Shown: one piece after another, positions 40,760 to 50,955 of the stretch
Layout of the letters: every line of letters starts with the position of its first letter
How positions within the stretch are numbered: the stretch's first letter is position 1
Virus record (IMG/VR): IMGVR_UViG_3300026116_000007
Length of the DNA stretch: 64,000 bases
Origin: an uncultured virus (IMG/VR IMGVR_UViG_3300026116_000007)
Taxonomy: Duplodnaviria; Heunggongvirae; Uroviricota; Caudoviricetes
Strand: one strand, 5' to 3'
The notes under the pieces: generated by a model
Seen by the model: only the letters and a program-made list of their open reading frames with translations
Databases searched by the model: none
What the model was told of the DNA's origin: nothing
Made by a program: the position numbers and the translations under genes

Positions 40760-41020
40760 TACTATATAATATATATATAGATATAGACCGTTAGTATTCT
40801 ATATATATATATAGATATAGAAATCTATACGGATATCTACTATGTTCATAGCCATTATTAGTATTCTACTCATATAATATTCATATAGTAATCCTATATA
40901 AGTCATATGTACTCTTCTATATATACATAAATCTAATAAATATCTTGAACTGTCGCTTATATCTACATAATATTCATTATATTGGTTATGTACCATGTAT
41001 AGGTTCAATAGTATAATATA
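40760..41020. other. AT-rich tract with (TA)n runs; candidate origin / divergent promoter region
   Basis: ATATATATATAGATATAG twice; lies at the strand switch. Confidence 0.4.
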
Positions 41021-41022
41021 TA

Positions 41023-41034
41023 GAACAAATGTTC
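41023..41034. promoter_or_regulatory. LexA (SOS) box next to a TATAAT -10 element
   Basis: gTATAATatataGAACAAATGTTCgg, upstream of plus-strand operon. Confidence 0.65.
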
Positions 41035-41056
41035 GGTAGATAGATATAGGATAATA

Positions 41057-41272
41057 ATGATTAGAAAAATATATAAGCTTCTGTTCCCTATAGGGATACA
41101 TCTTAAATTTGATGTAAATAAAATTACAACTACTAGTGGTCAAATCTATCTTATTAGATTTATATTTGAAATTGATGATAAACCATATATGATGAAATTT
41201 GGTTATGGTAGCACTATTACTCTATATAGCAAAAGATATGGTATCTGTAAAATGGACATAAAAGGAGATTAG
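41057..41272 (+). CDS. Hypothetical protein
   Basis: AGGA RBS; abuts next gene. Confidence 0.45.
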   Translation: MIRKIYKLLFPIGIHLKFDVNKITTTSGQIYLIRFIFEIDDKPYMMKFGYGSTITLYSKRYGICKMDIKGD

Positions 41273-41273
41273 T

Positions 41274-42074
41274 ATGAGCATTGATAAAAGTAAAATTATT
41301 AGAAAAGGTAGTCGTATAGCTGGTAGTGGTCTAGTCAGGTTCATAACTGAAGGATTGAAGACCAGTGAGCGTAGAGGTAAACGCAACAAACTATACTGTG
41401 GAGACGCTTCCTACTGTTCAAGGAAATCAACTTTGTTTGCTACGACTGAGGGGACAAATGAGTTGACTGCAGCTTCACTTCTCTACATGGATATGGGAAC
41501 AGCCATTCACCGAGTATTCCAAAAAGGACTTCAACGAGCTGGAGTCCTAGTGGAAGCAGAACGTAGGGTGAGTCTCAAATATAAGGAGATAGAGTTATCA
41601 GGTATGATTGATGGAGTCCTCAAGATTGATGACGAATATAAAATCCTTGAAATGAAAACCTGTGGTGGACTGCCTAGTAAGCCGAAGAAGGAGCATCTTC
41701 ACCAAGCACTCACCTACGCACTCATCACTGGGATTTATAAGGTAATCATTTTCTACCAGAGCCGAAAGGTAGCTGGATGGGATGGCAAACTTGAGTGCGT
41801 AGAGTTCGAGGTTGAAGCGACTCCAATCCAGTTGGATATGGTAGCCGATATCATAGCAACTTCTTTTGTCTGTACTGTCAACGGAGTAATTCCTCCAATT
41901 CCTCTCCATATAGCAGGTCAAGGAGACTGTGGCTTTTGCCCCTTCACTTCCACATGTTGGGGACCAACAGCCAAAAAGTTCCCTAAGTTGAGTAGGAAGA
42001 TTGAGGTACAAATTGAGGAAGCAAAGAAAGACCTGCTCAGAATGAGTAAGAAAGCACACAAGGAGTTCTCATGA
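41274..42074 (+). CDS. Cas4-like PD-(D/E)xK exonuclease
   Basis: YCSRK, GTAIH, GMIDG, LEMKT, Q...Y, CGFCPFTSTC (1+3 Cys pattern). Confidence 0.85.
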   Translation: MSIDKSKIIRKGSRIAGSGLVRFITEGLKTSERRGKRNKLYCGDASYCSRKSTLFATTEGTNELTAASLLYMDMGTAIHRVFQKGLQRAGVLVEAERRVSLKYKEIELSGMIDGVLKIDDEYKILEMKTCGGLPSKPKKEHLHQALTYALITGIYKVIIFYQSRKVAGWDGKLECVEFEVEATPIQLDMVADIIATSFVCTVNGVIPPIPLHIAGQGDCGFCPFTSTCWGPTAKKFPKLSRKIEVQIEEAKKDLLRMSKKAHKEFS

Positions 42075-42292
42075 GAGCCAAAGATTGGAAGATCAAAGCC
42101 ATAGCCGAAGGAAGAGTTTGTCCCGAATGTAATGCTCCTCAAACAATAGAGGCATGGAAGGAAATGACAAAGTCTGTTCCTACTCATCATTGCAAATCAT
42201 GTAGGTACGTTCATTGGGAAGTCCCTCTTGGATGTTATGGTAGTGTTAGAAGAGATAATGCTGACAGAGAAGATTTGGATAGGATGAGATAA
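42071..42292 (+). CDS. Zn-finger hypothetical protein
   Basis: CPEC...CKSC. Confidence 0.6.
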   Translation: MRAKDWKIKAIAEGRVCPECNAPQTIEAWKEMTKSVPTHHCKSCRYVHWEVPLGCYGSVRRDNADREDLDRMR

Positions 42293-42296
42293 TAAG

Positions 42297-42536
42297 ATGG
42301 ACACCTATATAGTTCATACTCTTAGTCATGGGATGCTACTAATCCAAATTTATGAGAGAAGAAATTTTGTAGAAGCTATTCCTCTATGGAGTTCAACTAA
42401 TGAGACCATTATCAAGACGAGACAAGATTTTGAGCTTAGACTCGCCGTACTTCATGGAGATTATCTCAGACGAGTTAGTGAACTTCACACTGAATATTCT
42501 GAGAGAATTGAAAATATAAAGAGAGGAGAATTATGA
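42297..42536 (+). CDS. Hypothetical protein
   Basis: Operon context. Confidence 0.5.
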   Translation: MDTYIVHTLSHGMLLIQIYERRNFVEAIPLWSSTNETIIKTRQDFELRLAVLHGDYLRRVSELHTEYSERIENIKRGEL

Positions 42537-42934
42537 AACTTGAAGAGATAAAAAGTCAATCACCGTTCCTTGAAGGTTATGATGATGAACCAATTCAGAT
42601 GGCCTTCTACTCTGCGAACTGCTGTTGGTGGACAAGTTTTCCTGATGATTTGGGAAGTCTTCCTCCTATGAGGTATAGCCCTGGCAAAGATGGAAAGCCA
42701 GGACGAATGATAAAGGACCCAGGTGGTCATTCACTTCCATGTTGTCCTCACTGTGGCTCAGTCCTACTGCAGGCACCATTGTTGAAGTTCATTGAGGCGG
42801 CCGAGGCTACCCCTACTCATTACGGGAAATATGGAATACAAACCTTCATTATTTCCCATGAGCGCAACTCAATGAACTGCTATAGAAAATGGGAGACCTA
42901 CGATATTCTGATAGACCCATTTGGAGTGAAATGA
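42533..42934 (+). CDS. Cys-rich hypothetical protein
   Basis: CCWW, CCPHCG; GAGGAG RBS. Confidence 0.6.
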   Translation: MKLEEIKSQSPFLEGYDDEPIQMAFYSANCCWWTSFPDDLGSLPPMRYSPGKDGKPGRMIKDPGGHSLPCCPHCGSVLLQAPLLKFIEAAEATPTHYGKYGIQTFIISHERNSMNCYRKWETYDILIDPFGVK

Positions 42935-43278
42935 AATCAGACGTTTATACAAAACTCCCAAAGCACGAGTATGCCAAAGGAGAAATCAAACCAGCTGGAA
43001 ATGCAGAGTGGTACGGGCTCTCAAAGCAGGAATGGCTGCAAATCTTCTTTGACCAAGGATGTGTTTGTGCCATTTGCAAACAACCAAATAAAAAATGGGT
43101 AACAGACCATGAGCATGTTAGAGGATGGAAGAACATGGCTCCATCAGAAAGGAAAAAGTATGTAAGAGGAATTCTTTGTAGTTGGTGCAATTTCCGTATC
43201 TTGAGGTCAGGGGTTACCTTATTCAAACTGCGAAATGCAGTATCATATTTAGAAACATATGAAAGGAAGTCAAAATGA
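42931..43278 (+). CDS. Recombination endonuclease VII-like (His-Me) protein
   Basis: QG.VCAICK..DHEH..VRGILCSWCN. Confidence 0.85.
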   Translation: MKSDVYTKLPKHEYAKGEIKPAGNAEWYGLSKQEWLQIFFDQGCVCAICKQPNKKWVTDHEHVRGWKNMAPSERKKYVRGILCSWCNFRILRSGVTLFKLRNAVSYLETYERKSK

Positions 43279-43910
43279 GATTTAGATATACTATCATGTT
43301 TATCCCAGCAACGGTTTTCTGGGCTGCTTCAATGGTCTTCTTTATCATAGGGATGTCCATTGGAGATACAAGCAACTTCACAAGCTTCTTTACGAGCACC
43401 TATGACCCGATAATGTTCTATGTTGCCATTGGATTAGCAATTTCTAACACAATCATCCAGATTTTGGGTAACAGCTCAGATTCAATAGGTGAAGCTCTTG
43501 ATGAGTTAGGCTTGGTGCTTTTCATTGGATGGATTGCAAGTTATGTCCTAGGAGTATCATCAAACGTTTATGCACTTTCACTCATCATGAGAATACCCTA
43601 TGCTTGGATTGAATGGCCAATCTGTATTGCGCTGGGTGCTATGATTGAGTTTATGCCCGAGCGGATGTGGGTCCTCTCATGGCGGGAAGTCTTTGGGAAT
43701 GGGATGCCATTCGTGAATAAGCTCCGTAGGAATAATAATCGTCCTTCCAATAATAATCGTCCTTCAACTCAAAACCAGCTTAGCCCATCAGAGAGAGCCA
43801 ATCTTGAAAGAACCATAATGGAAAGAGCCCAGACTTCATATAGGCCTTCATCACAGACTGCCCCTAAACCTGGTAGCCACTTTGTAGGACAAAATCCAAA
43901 CGAAAGGTAG
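43275..43910 (+). CDS. Four-TM membrane protein
   Basis: Hydrophobic segments then NNNRPS repeats. Confidence 0.65.
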   Translation: MRFRYTIMFIPATVFWAASMVFFIIGMSIGDTSNFTSFFTSTYDPIMFYVAIGLAISNTIIQILGNSSDSIGEALDELGLVLFIGWIASYVLGVSSNVYALSLIMRIPYAWIEWPICIALGAMIEFMPERMWVLSWREVFGNGMPFVNKLRRNNNRPSNNNRPSTQNQLSPSERANLERTIMERAQTSYRPSSQTAPKPGSHFVGQNPNER

Positions 43911-43916
43911 GAGTAA

Positions 43917-44732
43917 ATGTCACAGCATAAGAGTTCAAATATTTTAGCAACGTTCTTTGACTGGAACAGAGAGGTCATCGAAGCAGCTGAAACTCCGTTT
44001 GCTAAGCTGTCAGTCTTCATCCTCCCAATCATAGCCCCTCTTGTTCCAGCATTCATGACGAGTTTGCACCTTTATAAACTCCTCAATGAATTGTTCACGT
44101 TCCCATATTCGCAGCAAATCTCAGCAGTTATGTCTGTCGTAACGGGAATTGTCCTCGAGCTACTCGGATATGTGGGGGCAATCACTTTCATTAGGAGCTT
44201 GTTCCAATATGTAAAGCTTCGCAATAAGGAACGTATCCTCCCAGTGGTCCTCAATGGATTAGCCTACGTATTCTATATCGCAGCTATGTGGATGATAAAC
44301 TATGAATTAGGCAAGTACTTTGGAACCCCGACTGTCGTCAATATGATTTTTGCCATCCTCTCCTTTATCACCATCCCAACAGGACTTCTGGCTGCTAACC
44401 ATCTCGCTGAGCGTGCTGATGAAGAGCATGACGCAAGTCTTCGGAGGGAAGATAGAGACTATAAGCTCAAGAGACTTGAAATCAAAACAGGGGCTACTAC
44501 CGGTAGTCAATCTCAACCTAAGAGTAAGCCCAAAAGTGCTTCATATTTCAAGGGCAAAATGTTAGCCGCTCTCAATGATGCTTATGATAATCATGGGACC
44601 GTTCTCGCTCCTATAGATCTGGCGAAAATGTTCAATCTTGATTATGACCGTTCTAAAGGGTTCATAAGCGGACTCCGCATCAAGTGGGCGCGTTCTAAAG
44701 GAATTGACCTCAAGAATAAACAAAAACCATAG
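43917..44732 (+). CDS. Membrane protein with putative C-terminal HTH
   Basis: Four TM segments; PIDLAKMFNLDYDRSKGFISGLR helix-turn-helix-like. Confidence 0.6.
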   Translation: MSQHKSSNILATFFDWNREVIEAAETPFAKLSVFILPIIAPLVPAFMTSLHLYKLLNELFTFPYSQQISAVMSVVTGIVLELLGYVGAITFIRSLFQYVKLRNKERILPVVLNGLAYVFYIAAMWMINYELGKYFGTPTVVNMIFAILSFITIPTGLLAANHLAERADEEHDASLRREDRDYKLKRLEIKTGATTGSQSQPKSKPKSASYFKGKMLAALNDAYDNHGTVLAPIDLAKMFNLDYDRSKGFISGLRIKWARSKGIDLKNKQKP

Positions 44733-44778
44733 TTCTATTATGACTTACATAGAACCGTTGATTGAAATAGAACGTTGG

Positions 44779-44858
44779 TGAACTTGATAAAACGTTGATG
44801 AACTTGGTAGAACAATAAAGAACTTGATAGAACTATGAAGAACGTTCTATGTATGAGT
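44779..44858. repeat. Eight 10-bp phased repeats with a GAAC core
   Basis: agaacgttgg/tgaacttgat/aaaacgttga/tgaacttggt/agaacaataa/agaacttgat/agaactatga/agaacgttct. Confidence 0.7.
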
Positions 44859-44983
44859 AAAATAGTTCTAGAACTTAACGAGGGTTCTCGGGAACGTATC
44901 CAGAACGGTATATAATTCCTCTCAGAACGGTGCACAATGTAAGCCCCCGTTCTACAGATAAATAGGAGAAGATAGGAGAAAGA

Positions 44984-45244
44984 ATGGCTAAAAGAAATGA
45001 AGTAGGTAGAAATAGAAAGTACCCTTGGGACCAAATCGATCCTCAAATATTTGGAGGAAAGGTTTCCCTAAAAAGCTTATCGATAGATTATCATGTTCCT
45101 TATAGGCAAGTGACTAACCGAAAGTATAACCTGAGGGACAAGGTTCAAAAACTTGCTAATGATAAGCGTGATAAGGAACTTTCAAAGATGCTTAGGTATT
45201 TGAAGGTAAAGGACATCTCAAAAATACCTATGCTGAATAGCTAG
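44984..45244 (+). CDS. Small basic putative DNA-binding protein
   Basis: RKYPW, SLKSLSIDYHVPYRQV HTH-like; AGGAG RBS. Confidence 0.55.
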   Translation: MAKRNEVGRNRKYPWDQIDPQIFGGKVSLKSLSIDYHVPYRQVTNRKYNLRDKVQKLANDKRDKELSKMLRYLKVKDISKIPMLNS

Positions 45245-45945
45245 GAAGAAGGCTCTCATGGACCTCTATAGGACTTCTGTAGGACTCCTTGGGAGCCTTT
45301 TCTTCAGTATCATATAAATTACATGGCTATGCATAATATGTTACAAAACTCGTATCTTCCGGCTATGTACACCAGACTGAGTTTGTAGTAGAATTATCAT
45401 GTAATTCGAAATTGAGCACCTTAAAAAATGAATATGGTTGATGGTGAAGGGGGAATCGAGGAGCACAGAGTAATTGTTGAGACTGGGGGCTCTCAACTTC
45501 CTTCAGGGGAACTGACAGCGAGGTTTTTAGCTCAGGGGAACAGCAAACCACTTCCAGACTTTCCAGAAATTCACGAGCCGAAGTTAGGTTTCCCATAATT
45601 TTACAATTTCATATTTTTCAGGGGCACTCCAGATTTTTCCTGTACTGGAGGGGATTTATTTTGATTTTGCAAATAGGAAGCGAGGACCCGGGCTCAAGGT
45701 GAACGCATCTGGCAAGGAGCGAAGCTAAGCAATGGTTTGAAGCGATTGACGAGAGAGTCGGTCAGGGGGAAAGTGGACCACTACTACCTAATTTGAGAGA
45801 TAACTCGGGAGAGTTTATTTCACTTTGGCATAGAGTGGTTGACATAAGAAAACGAGTATCAACTCAATAACTTCTTCAACATAAACTTGGCAACACATAC
45901 CCTCCACTTCTTTATTATAAGAACTGGAGCCAAACGAAATAATTG

Positions 45946-45980
45946 AGGAGGCTGCTTCTATATAGAGGTGGCCTCCTTTT
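45946..45980 (+). terminator. Intrinsic terminator
   Basis: AGGAGGCTGCTTCTA-TA-TAGAGGTGGCCTCCT followed by T-tract. Confidence 0.7.
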
Positions 45981-46068
45981 ATTTCATTCTTACCATCAGT
46001 CATTGAGCGACTGTTCTATAATTGATGGTAGGTATGAAATTATTATTTCACAAAGGAGAAATAAAAAA

Positions 46069-46344
46069 ATGAAACCCACAAAGTCCCATCCAAATAAAGT
46101 TGTTTTCAAAGTCGTGAGTCTCACCGCTGCTCCAGAGGGAGCCAACATCGTTCAAGCAATAATGGAAGGGAGTAACGGAACGAAGATTCGTTTTTATACT
46201 CACCCTCTGATTGCTTGGGCAATGAAGGTTTGGACAACTGGAAAAATTTCTAATCGCTCAACAAAATTCATCACGGACGATTGGTACTGGGGAGTCAAAA
46301 GTGGTCAACTCAAAATCAATGACGAAGTTATCGTCTACGAGTAA
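46069..46344 (+). CDS. Hypothetical protein
   Basis: AAAGGAG RBS before MKPTKSHP. Confidence 0.6.
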   Translation: MKPTKSHPNKVVFKVVSLTAAPEGANIVQAIMEGSNGTKIRFYTHPLIAWAMKVWTTGKISNRSTKFITDDWYWGVKSGQLKINDEVIVYE

Positions 46345-46353
46345 AGGAGAAAA

Positions 46354-46737
46354 ATGAACACAGGAGTTTTGACCAATCACATCACATTTACTCGAGGCTC
46401 TACCAATAACTACTTCGAGGTTCACTACCTCGGAGAAAGTATTGGAGAGGTCAAGCGCACCACGCTGGCTGGAAAAGCAGCATGGGAGTTTGAAGGTCAA
46501 ATTGACTTCACTCGAGAGGGAGTGGTTGAGAAGTTCATCTTCACTCAACATGATAATGAACCTCCCACCCCTCCTCAACCAACGTTTGGGGAATATGACC
46601 CTAAGGGATTAGTCTTCCCCAATGGTGACGTAGTTGCAGGTTTTTGGTTCCTCGAAGAGGGCTCAAAGCTTCATCTTGCAGTTGATGCAGATGGAAATGA
46701 ATATGAGACCATTGACGAACCCATCAAGGTAAGCTAG
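46354..46737 (+). CDS. Hypothetical protein
   Basis: AAAGGAG RBS. Confidence 0.6.
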   Translation: MNTGVLTNHITFTRGSTNNYFEVHYLGESIGEVKRTTLAGKAAWEFEGQIDFTREGVVEKFIFTQHDNEPPTPPQPTFGEYDPKGLVFPNGDVVAGFWFLEEGSKLHLAVDADGNEYETIDEPIKVS

Positions 46738-46885
46738 TTTGAACGAGTGGCTGAGGCAGTCTTATTGATTAGGATATCCTAACTAAGGCTATGACTTCAG
46801 CCACTCGCTATAAATAATGAAGAGGCTACTTCATTGTTTATATCGAGTCCATCGTTCAAACAAAATGTAAGAAAGGAAAATCAAA

Positions 46886-48100
46886 ATGGCCACAATACAC
46901 GTAGTTTTAGCAAAAGTTGTAAATGAAGGAGTTGCGAAGTTATTTTACGCCCATCCTTCAATTCAGAAGACGTCCCTCATTCTGAATAATAAGTCCGTCA
47001 TCAAGGCCCCCACTGGCTCAATCGTCCAATTGTCCATCAAGATGATGCCTTCCGGGAAACGTATCCTCCTCCACTGTGAAGCTATGAGCTACACGAGCAT
47101 CCAACAGTTCATCAATTCAGTTGGTATCGACTCAATGAGAAAAGCAAGTATTCGTTCTGCGTCTGAGGGGTATCCCGTAACAACCGCATTTGACGGTTCG
47201 GACGACAAGGCCTACCTCATCAAGGCAGTCATTGCTCGTTTTGGAGATGATACTGAGCAGGTAAACAATGATGAACCTCAGGTCGAAGAAGAGCCCTCCG
47301 ATGGTTTCACTCAGTATGGGGAACTTTTCATTCCCGAGATTATCCTTCGAGCACTTCGAGCAGCAAAGGATATCGCTTCGAAGGCCAAGGCTGCTAACGT
47401 CCTCTTGGTTGGTCCTTCTGGGAATGGCAAAACCTCCCTCGCTCATGAGTTTGCCAGTGAGAATGGTTTCCAGTTCGTCAAGGTAAACTGCTCCGTCGTT
47501 CGTGACCCCGAAGAGTGGTTTGGCTATCGTGAAGCAATCGATGGCTCAACCGTTTTTGTTGAGACTGATTTCACCAAAGCAGTCAAGGCTGGAAACGCAG
47601 TCATCCTCCTCGACGAAATCAACCGTTTGGAGCCCTACCTCCACAACTCGTTGATGCCTCTCCTCGATGAAACTCGTCGAACCTCAATTCATGGGAACAA
47701 TATCGAGGTTGGGGACAACGTCATCTTTTTCTGCACCATGAACCTCGGCATTGGTTTTGTTGGAACTTTCCTCCTCGACACTGCAGTCAAAAATCGTATG
47801 GATGCCACCATCGTGATGGAAAAGCTTTCCTTTGACCGTGAAGTTCAACTCCTCATCGAGAGGGTTGGAGTAACAAAGACAGTCGCAAGCCGGATTGTTA
47901 CTCTCATGGACAAGCTTCGTGATGTAGTCATCCGCAACGAAATGGAAGTTGATATCTCTATTCGTTCCTCACTCAAGGTCGCTCGCATGGTCAATACCGA
48001 AATCGTGGACATTCGAGAGGCACTCACATTCGTTATTTTCAATAATGCAGAGGATGTTGAGCAGGCTAAAATGCTCGCCGATGCTTTGATTGGAGCCTAA
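46886..48100 (+). CDS. MoxR/CbbQ/CobS-like AAA+ ATPase
   Basis: GPSGNGKT, LLDEINR, TMN, DTAVKNR, SIR. Confidence 0.88.
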   Translation: MATIHVVLAKVVNEGVAKLFYAHPSIQKTSLILNNKSVIKAPTGSIVQLSIKMMPSGKRILLHCEAMSYTSIQQFINSVGIDSMRKASIRSASEGYPVTTAFDGSDDKAYLIKAVIARFGDDTEQVNNDEPQVEEEPSDGFTQYGELFIPEIILRALRAAKDIASKAKAANVLLVGPSGNGKTSLAHEFASENGFQFVKVNCSVVRDPEEWFGYREAIDGSTVFVETDFTKAVKAGNAVILLDEINRLEPYLHNSLMPLLDETRRTSIHGNNIEVGDNVIFFCTMNLGIGFVGTFLLDTAVKNRMDATIVMEKLSFDREVQLLIERVGVTKTVASRIVTLMDKLRDVVIRNEMEVDISIRSSLKVARMVNTEIVDIREALTFVIFNNAEDVEQAKMLADALIGA

Positions 48101-48101
48101 C

Positions 48102-49874
48102 ATGGACGCAATTCAAAATGCACGTAAGTTGATTGACAAGGAGTACGGGCTGCTGGGAATACCGGCAGTCCGCTCCCCTCGTTTTCTCAGTCTCATTCGT
48201 GGGACTAAAAATTTGCTCAGTATGACCACTGGGAAGTTTGGGACACGAAAGGCAAAATCGTTGGCCATCAGCTACGAAGTTGGTGAAATGGCCTCCACTG
48301 ATTTGAAGCTCAATGTTCGTATCCCTGCCTGGTATTGCTACACTGAGTCATTACTAAAGTTTGTTGGTCGTCCTCTCAGTGAGAAGGAGTCCTCAGCAGT
48401 TTCATTGACCATTATCAATGGCTCAACCATTCATGAGGGACTTCACGTAGCACTTAGTCGTGACATCATGACAAAGGGGTACTTCGAGCGTATTCACGCT
48501 CACGAAAACTCCCAACTTTTTATGTTCTTAGTCAACATTGTTGAGGACATTCGAATGGAAGGAATTCTCCGCAGCTCAAGGCACATCGAATTTGCTGAGT
48601 ACATCGATGCTAAGAACGAAATTTTCTTCTCTGAGGAAAATATGGTTGAGGAGCTCGACAAGGTTATAAGTGAAACTGAGAATGACCCCAAATCGGTTGC
48701 TCTCGCACTGCTTGCCCCTTACAAGTGCACATCACGCAGAAAAAGAATTTTGAGTACGTTCGCCGAAGTTTTCCCTGAGGTTGGTACAATCGTGAGCAAC
48801 ATTGATGAGTCAACCAAAACCAATGAAGTAGCCGAAGAGCTCTTCAAACTTCTCAATGGAGCAAAGTCAACTAAGAGAGAAAGCGGTGATGGCAAACTTG
48901 GTACAGGTGGTGAAGCAGCCGAGTCAGAGTTCAATATGGAAAAAGCTTTAGCAAAGAAAGCAGAGAAGATAATGAGAAGTTTGCTAAAGGGAAATCCAAC
49001 AGAGAAAATTGATGTTGAAGAGGATGAGAATAAGGGTCCACTGAAGGATAAAGAAATGGAAGAGCGTGACATCACAAACATTGCTTTAACCATTTATCCT
49101 TGGGACTACGAGGATATCAATCTCGACTTTGGCTTCCTCAGGAAGTTGAAGGTCGCTCGTCAGCTCCTCCCCAGCCGAAGTGAACCCAAGACAAGAGGTT
49201 CAAAACTTCTCAACACTCGCATTAGTCACATCATCACTGATGGGAAACTTTTCACCAATCATGGAGATAGCTTTTCATCCATGCAGAGGAAACACCCCGA
49301 ATTTGTACTCTTACTCGATATGTCCGGGTCAATGAGTGAGTATATTGGACGAGTAGCAGCCGCAGTTCGTAAGATTGCGAAGGAAATGAAGAGTGCGGAT
49401 ATCACATTTGCGGTTTATGGTCACACATCATATTATCTTGATGGTAGCAGCCATAAAGAAAGTGACCAACCAGTTCTCTATCACATCTTCTCTTATAAGA
49501 CGAACAATCGAACTGACCGTGACTTTGATAATCGATTTGAGTTAGCTCGTAAAGTTCACTTAGTTGAGAACTATGATGGATATGCAATCCGGAAAATGGC
49601 TGGTAAGTTCAACAAGAAATGTGACCATCGCAAATTGCTCGTCCTCTCTGATGGTTCACCAGCCGGACATGACTACGGTGGGTCAAAAGGAAATCAACAC
49701 ACAATTGAGTCCATTGCTTGGGTTCGCAAGCAGGGAATTCAAGTCATCGCAATGTCCCTTGTTGAAGACGTAATCTCGGCTAACAACTTCCTCTACGGGA
49801 AAGAGAACAACGTGGACGCATCAACGCAGGACAAATTGGAGTCTCAACTACAAAAACTTATCCTAGGCGGGTAA
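48102..49874 (+). CDS. CobT-like VWA protein with N-terminal HExxH domain
   Basis: HEGLH, NIVEDIRME; MIDAS LDMSGSM, ENYDG, LSDGSP. Confidence 0.85.
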   Translation: MDAIQNARKLIDKEYGLLGIPAVRSPRFLSLIRGTKNLLSMTTGKFGTRKAKSLAISYEVGEMASTDLKLNVRIPAWYCYTESLLKFVGRPLSEKESSAVSLTIINGSTIHEGLHVALSRDIMTKGYFERIHAHENSQLFMFLVNIVEDIRMEGILRSSRHIEFAEYIDAKNEIFFSEENMVEELDKVISETENDPKSVALALLAPYKCTSRRKRILSTFAEVFPEVGTIVSNIDESTKTNEVAEELFKLLNGAKSTKRESGDGKLGTGGEAAESEFNMEKALAKKAEKIMRSLLKGNPTEKIDVEEDENKGPLKDKEMEERDITNIALTIYPWDYEDINLDFGFLRKLKVARQLLPSRSEPKTRGSKLLNTRISHIITDGKLFTNHGDSFSSMQRKHPEFVLLLDMSGSMSEYIGRVAAAVRKIAKEMKSADITFAVYGHTSYYLDGSSHKESDQPVLYHIFSYKTNNRTDRDFDNRFELARKVHLVENYDGYAIRKMAGKFNKKCDHRKLLVLSDGSPAGHDYGGSKGNQHTIESIAWVRKQGIQVIAMSLVEDVISANNFLYGKENNVDASTQDKLESQLQKLILGG

Positions 49875-49977
49875 AAATAAGTAGGCATCTTCGGATGTGG
49901 TGGAGCAGTTGAGGTCTCCTTTTGGGGGTCGGGACAACCCCCTATTTTCCTTTCCTCAGCTGTTCCATCTTAGCTAG

Positions 49978-50025
49978 GTCTCTCCCTCTGAGTCTGACGT
50001 TTATGACTGCAGGGGGAGAGACTTT
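49978..50025 (+). terminator. Intrinsic terminator
   Basis: GTCTCTCCCTCTG...CAGGGGGAGAGAC-TTTT. Confidence 0.65.
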
Positions 50026-50039
50026 TATTTGGAGGTACA

Positions 50040-50186
50040 ATGTTTGAAAAATTATTCGATAAAGTATTCTCATTCGTTGTTACGTCGTGGGTAAGCTATA
50101 AGCTAAAGAAATATGGCACACTGAACGTTCAGTTTCCCGCTTCACTTGGCAAACAGATTGACGTCTTCTTTGAGAAGGAGGAATAA
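50040..50186 (+). CDS. Small 48-aa hypothetical protein
   Basis: GGAGG RBS; TAATG coupling. Confidence 0.55.
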   Translation: MFEKLFDKVFSFVVTSWVSYKLKKYGTLNVQFPASLGKQIDVFFEKEE

Positions 50187-50416
50187 TGAACGGCGTTCGT
50201 AAGAAAGATGGAAAGACTGGTCGAGGGTTCGCCGTAAATGCTTTCGTTCATGGTAAATTATTTGATTGGACTTGCCCCAAATGTAATCTTCGGAATACAA
50301 ACAACATATGGTTAGGGAGAATGGACTACTGTTGTGAAGGTTGTACAAAGTTGACCAACGTGAAAGGGCACACCATCGGAATGAACAAGGCAGTTTCACT
50401 TATTGAAATACTATAG
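50186..50416 (+). CDS. Zn-ribbon hypothetical protein
   Basis: CPKC...CEGC; AAGGAGG RBS. Confidence 0.6.
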   Translation: MNGVRKKDGKTGRGFAVNAFVHGKLFDWTCPKCNLRNTNNIWLGRMDYCCEGCTKLTNVKGHTIGMNKAVSLIEIL

Positions 50417-50569
50417 GTGGAATAATGAAATTCAAAATCTGGTGGTACTTATCAGTGGTGGTTCCAATGAAATGGTTGATGCTACGGTCGCTCAGGTTCA
50501 TTCGAAACAGGAAAGTAATATAACTATAAGCCTCGCTACTATAATGCAGCTGAGTGTAAGGAGAATAAA

Positions 50570-50848
50570 ATGGACGCAAATGAAAGTGATAAGTTAGACG
50601 AAATCGCAGACAAGATTTTTGACCTCAATGGAATGAATAGCTCTAAAGGGAGTTTTGCCCAAATGGGAATTGATGGGGATTATTTATTCATCAAATTTAT
50701 GTCAGATAATGGGGTAACTGATGGAGAGAATGGAAGAATACTCCATACTCTTTTAGAGAAGGCCAACGTCAGACATGAATACTTTGATGATAGAAAGTTC
50801 CTGGTCAAGACGAAGGATATCGAGTCATTCCTGAATGATAATCGGTGA
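50570..50848 (+). CDS. Hypothetical protein
   Basis: AAGGAG RBS. Confidence 0.55.
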   Translation: MDANESDKLDEIADKIFDLNGMNSSKGSFAQMGIDGDYLFIKFMSDNGVTDGENGRILHTLLEKANVRHEYFDDRKFLVKTKDIESFLNDNR

Positions 50849-50955
50849 CACTGCGGTCGCCTCTGGTAATCGAAAATTTGTAGTATGATAGATTATGTGT
50901 CTATACAGAGAGGAGGAACTATGGTGCTCCATAAACCTTATCTAAAGGAGGTCAT

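Noticed and set aside
40799..41143. Tyr/Ile-rich 114-aa ORF
   Set aside because: Artefact of the AT-rich (TA)n tract
45661..45870. Second possible ORF with in-frame TGA, hinting at genome-wide TGA recoding
   Set aside because: Weak TTG start, and many genes end in coupled ATGA stops, so TGA is a normal stop
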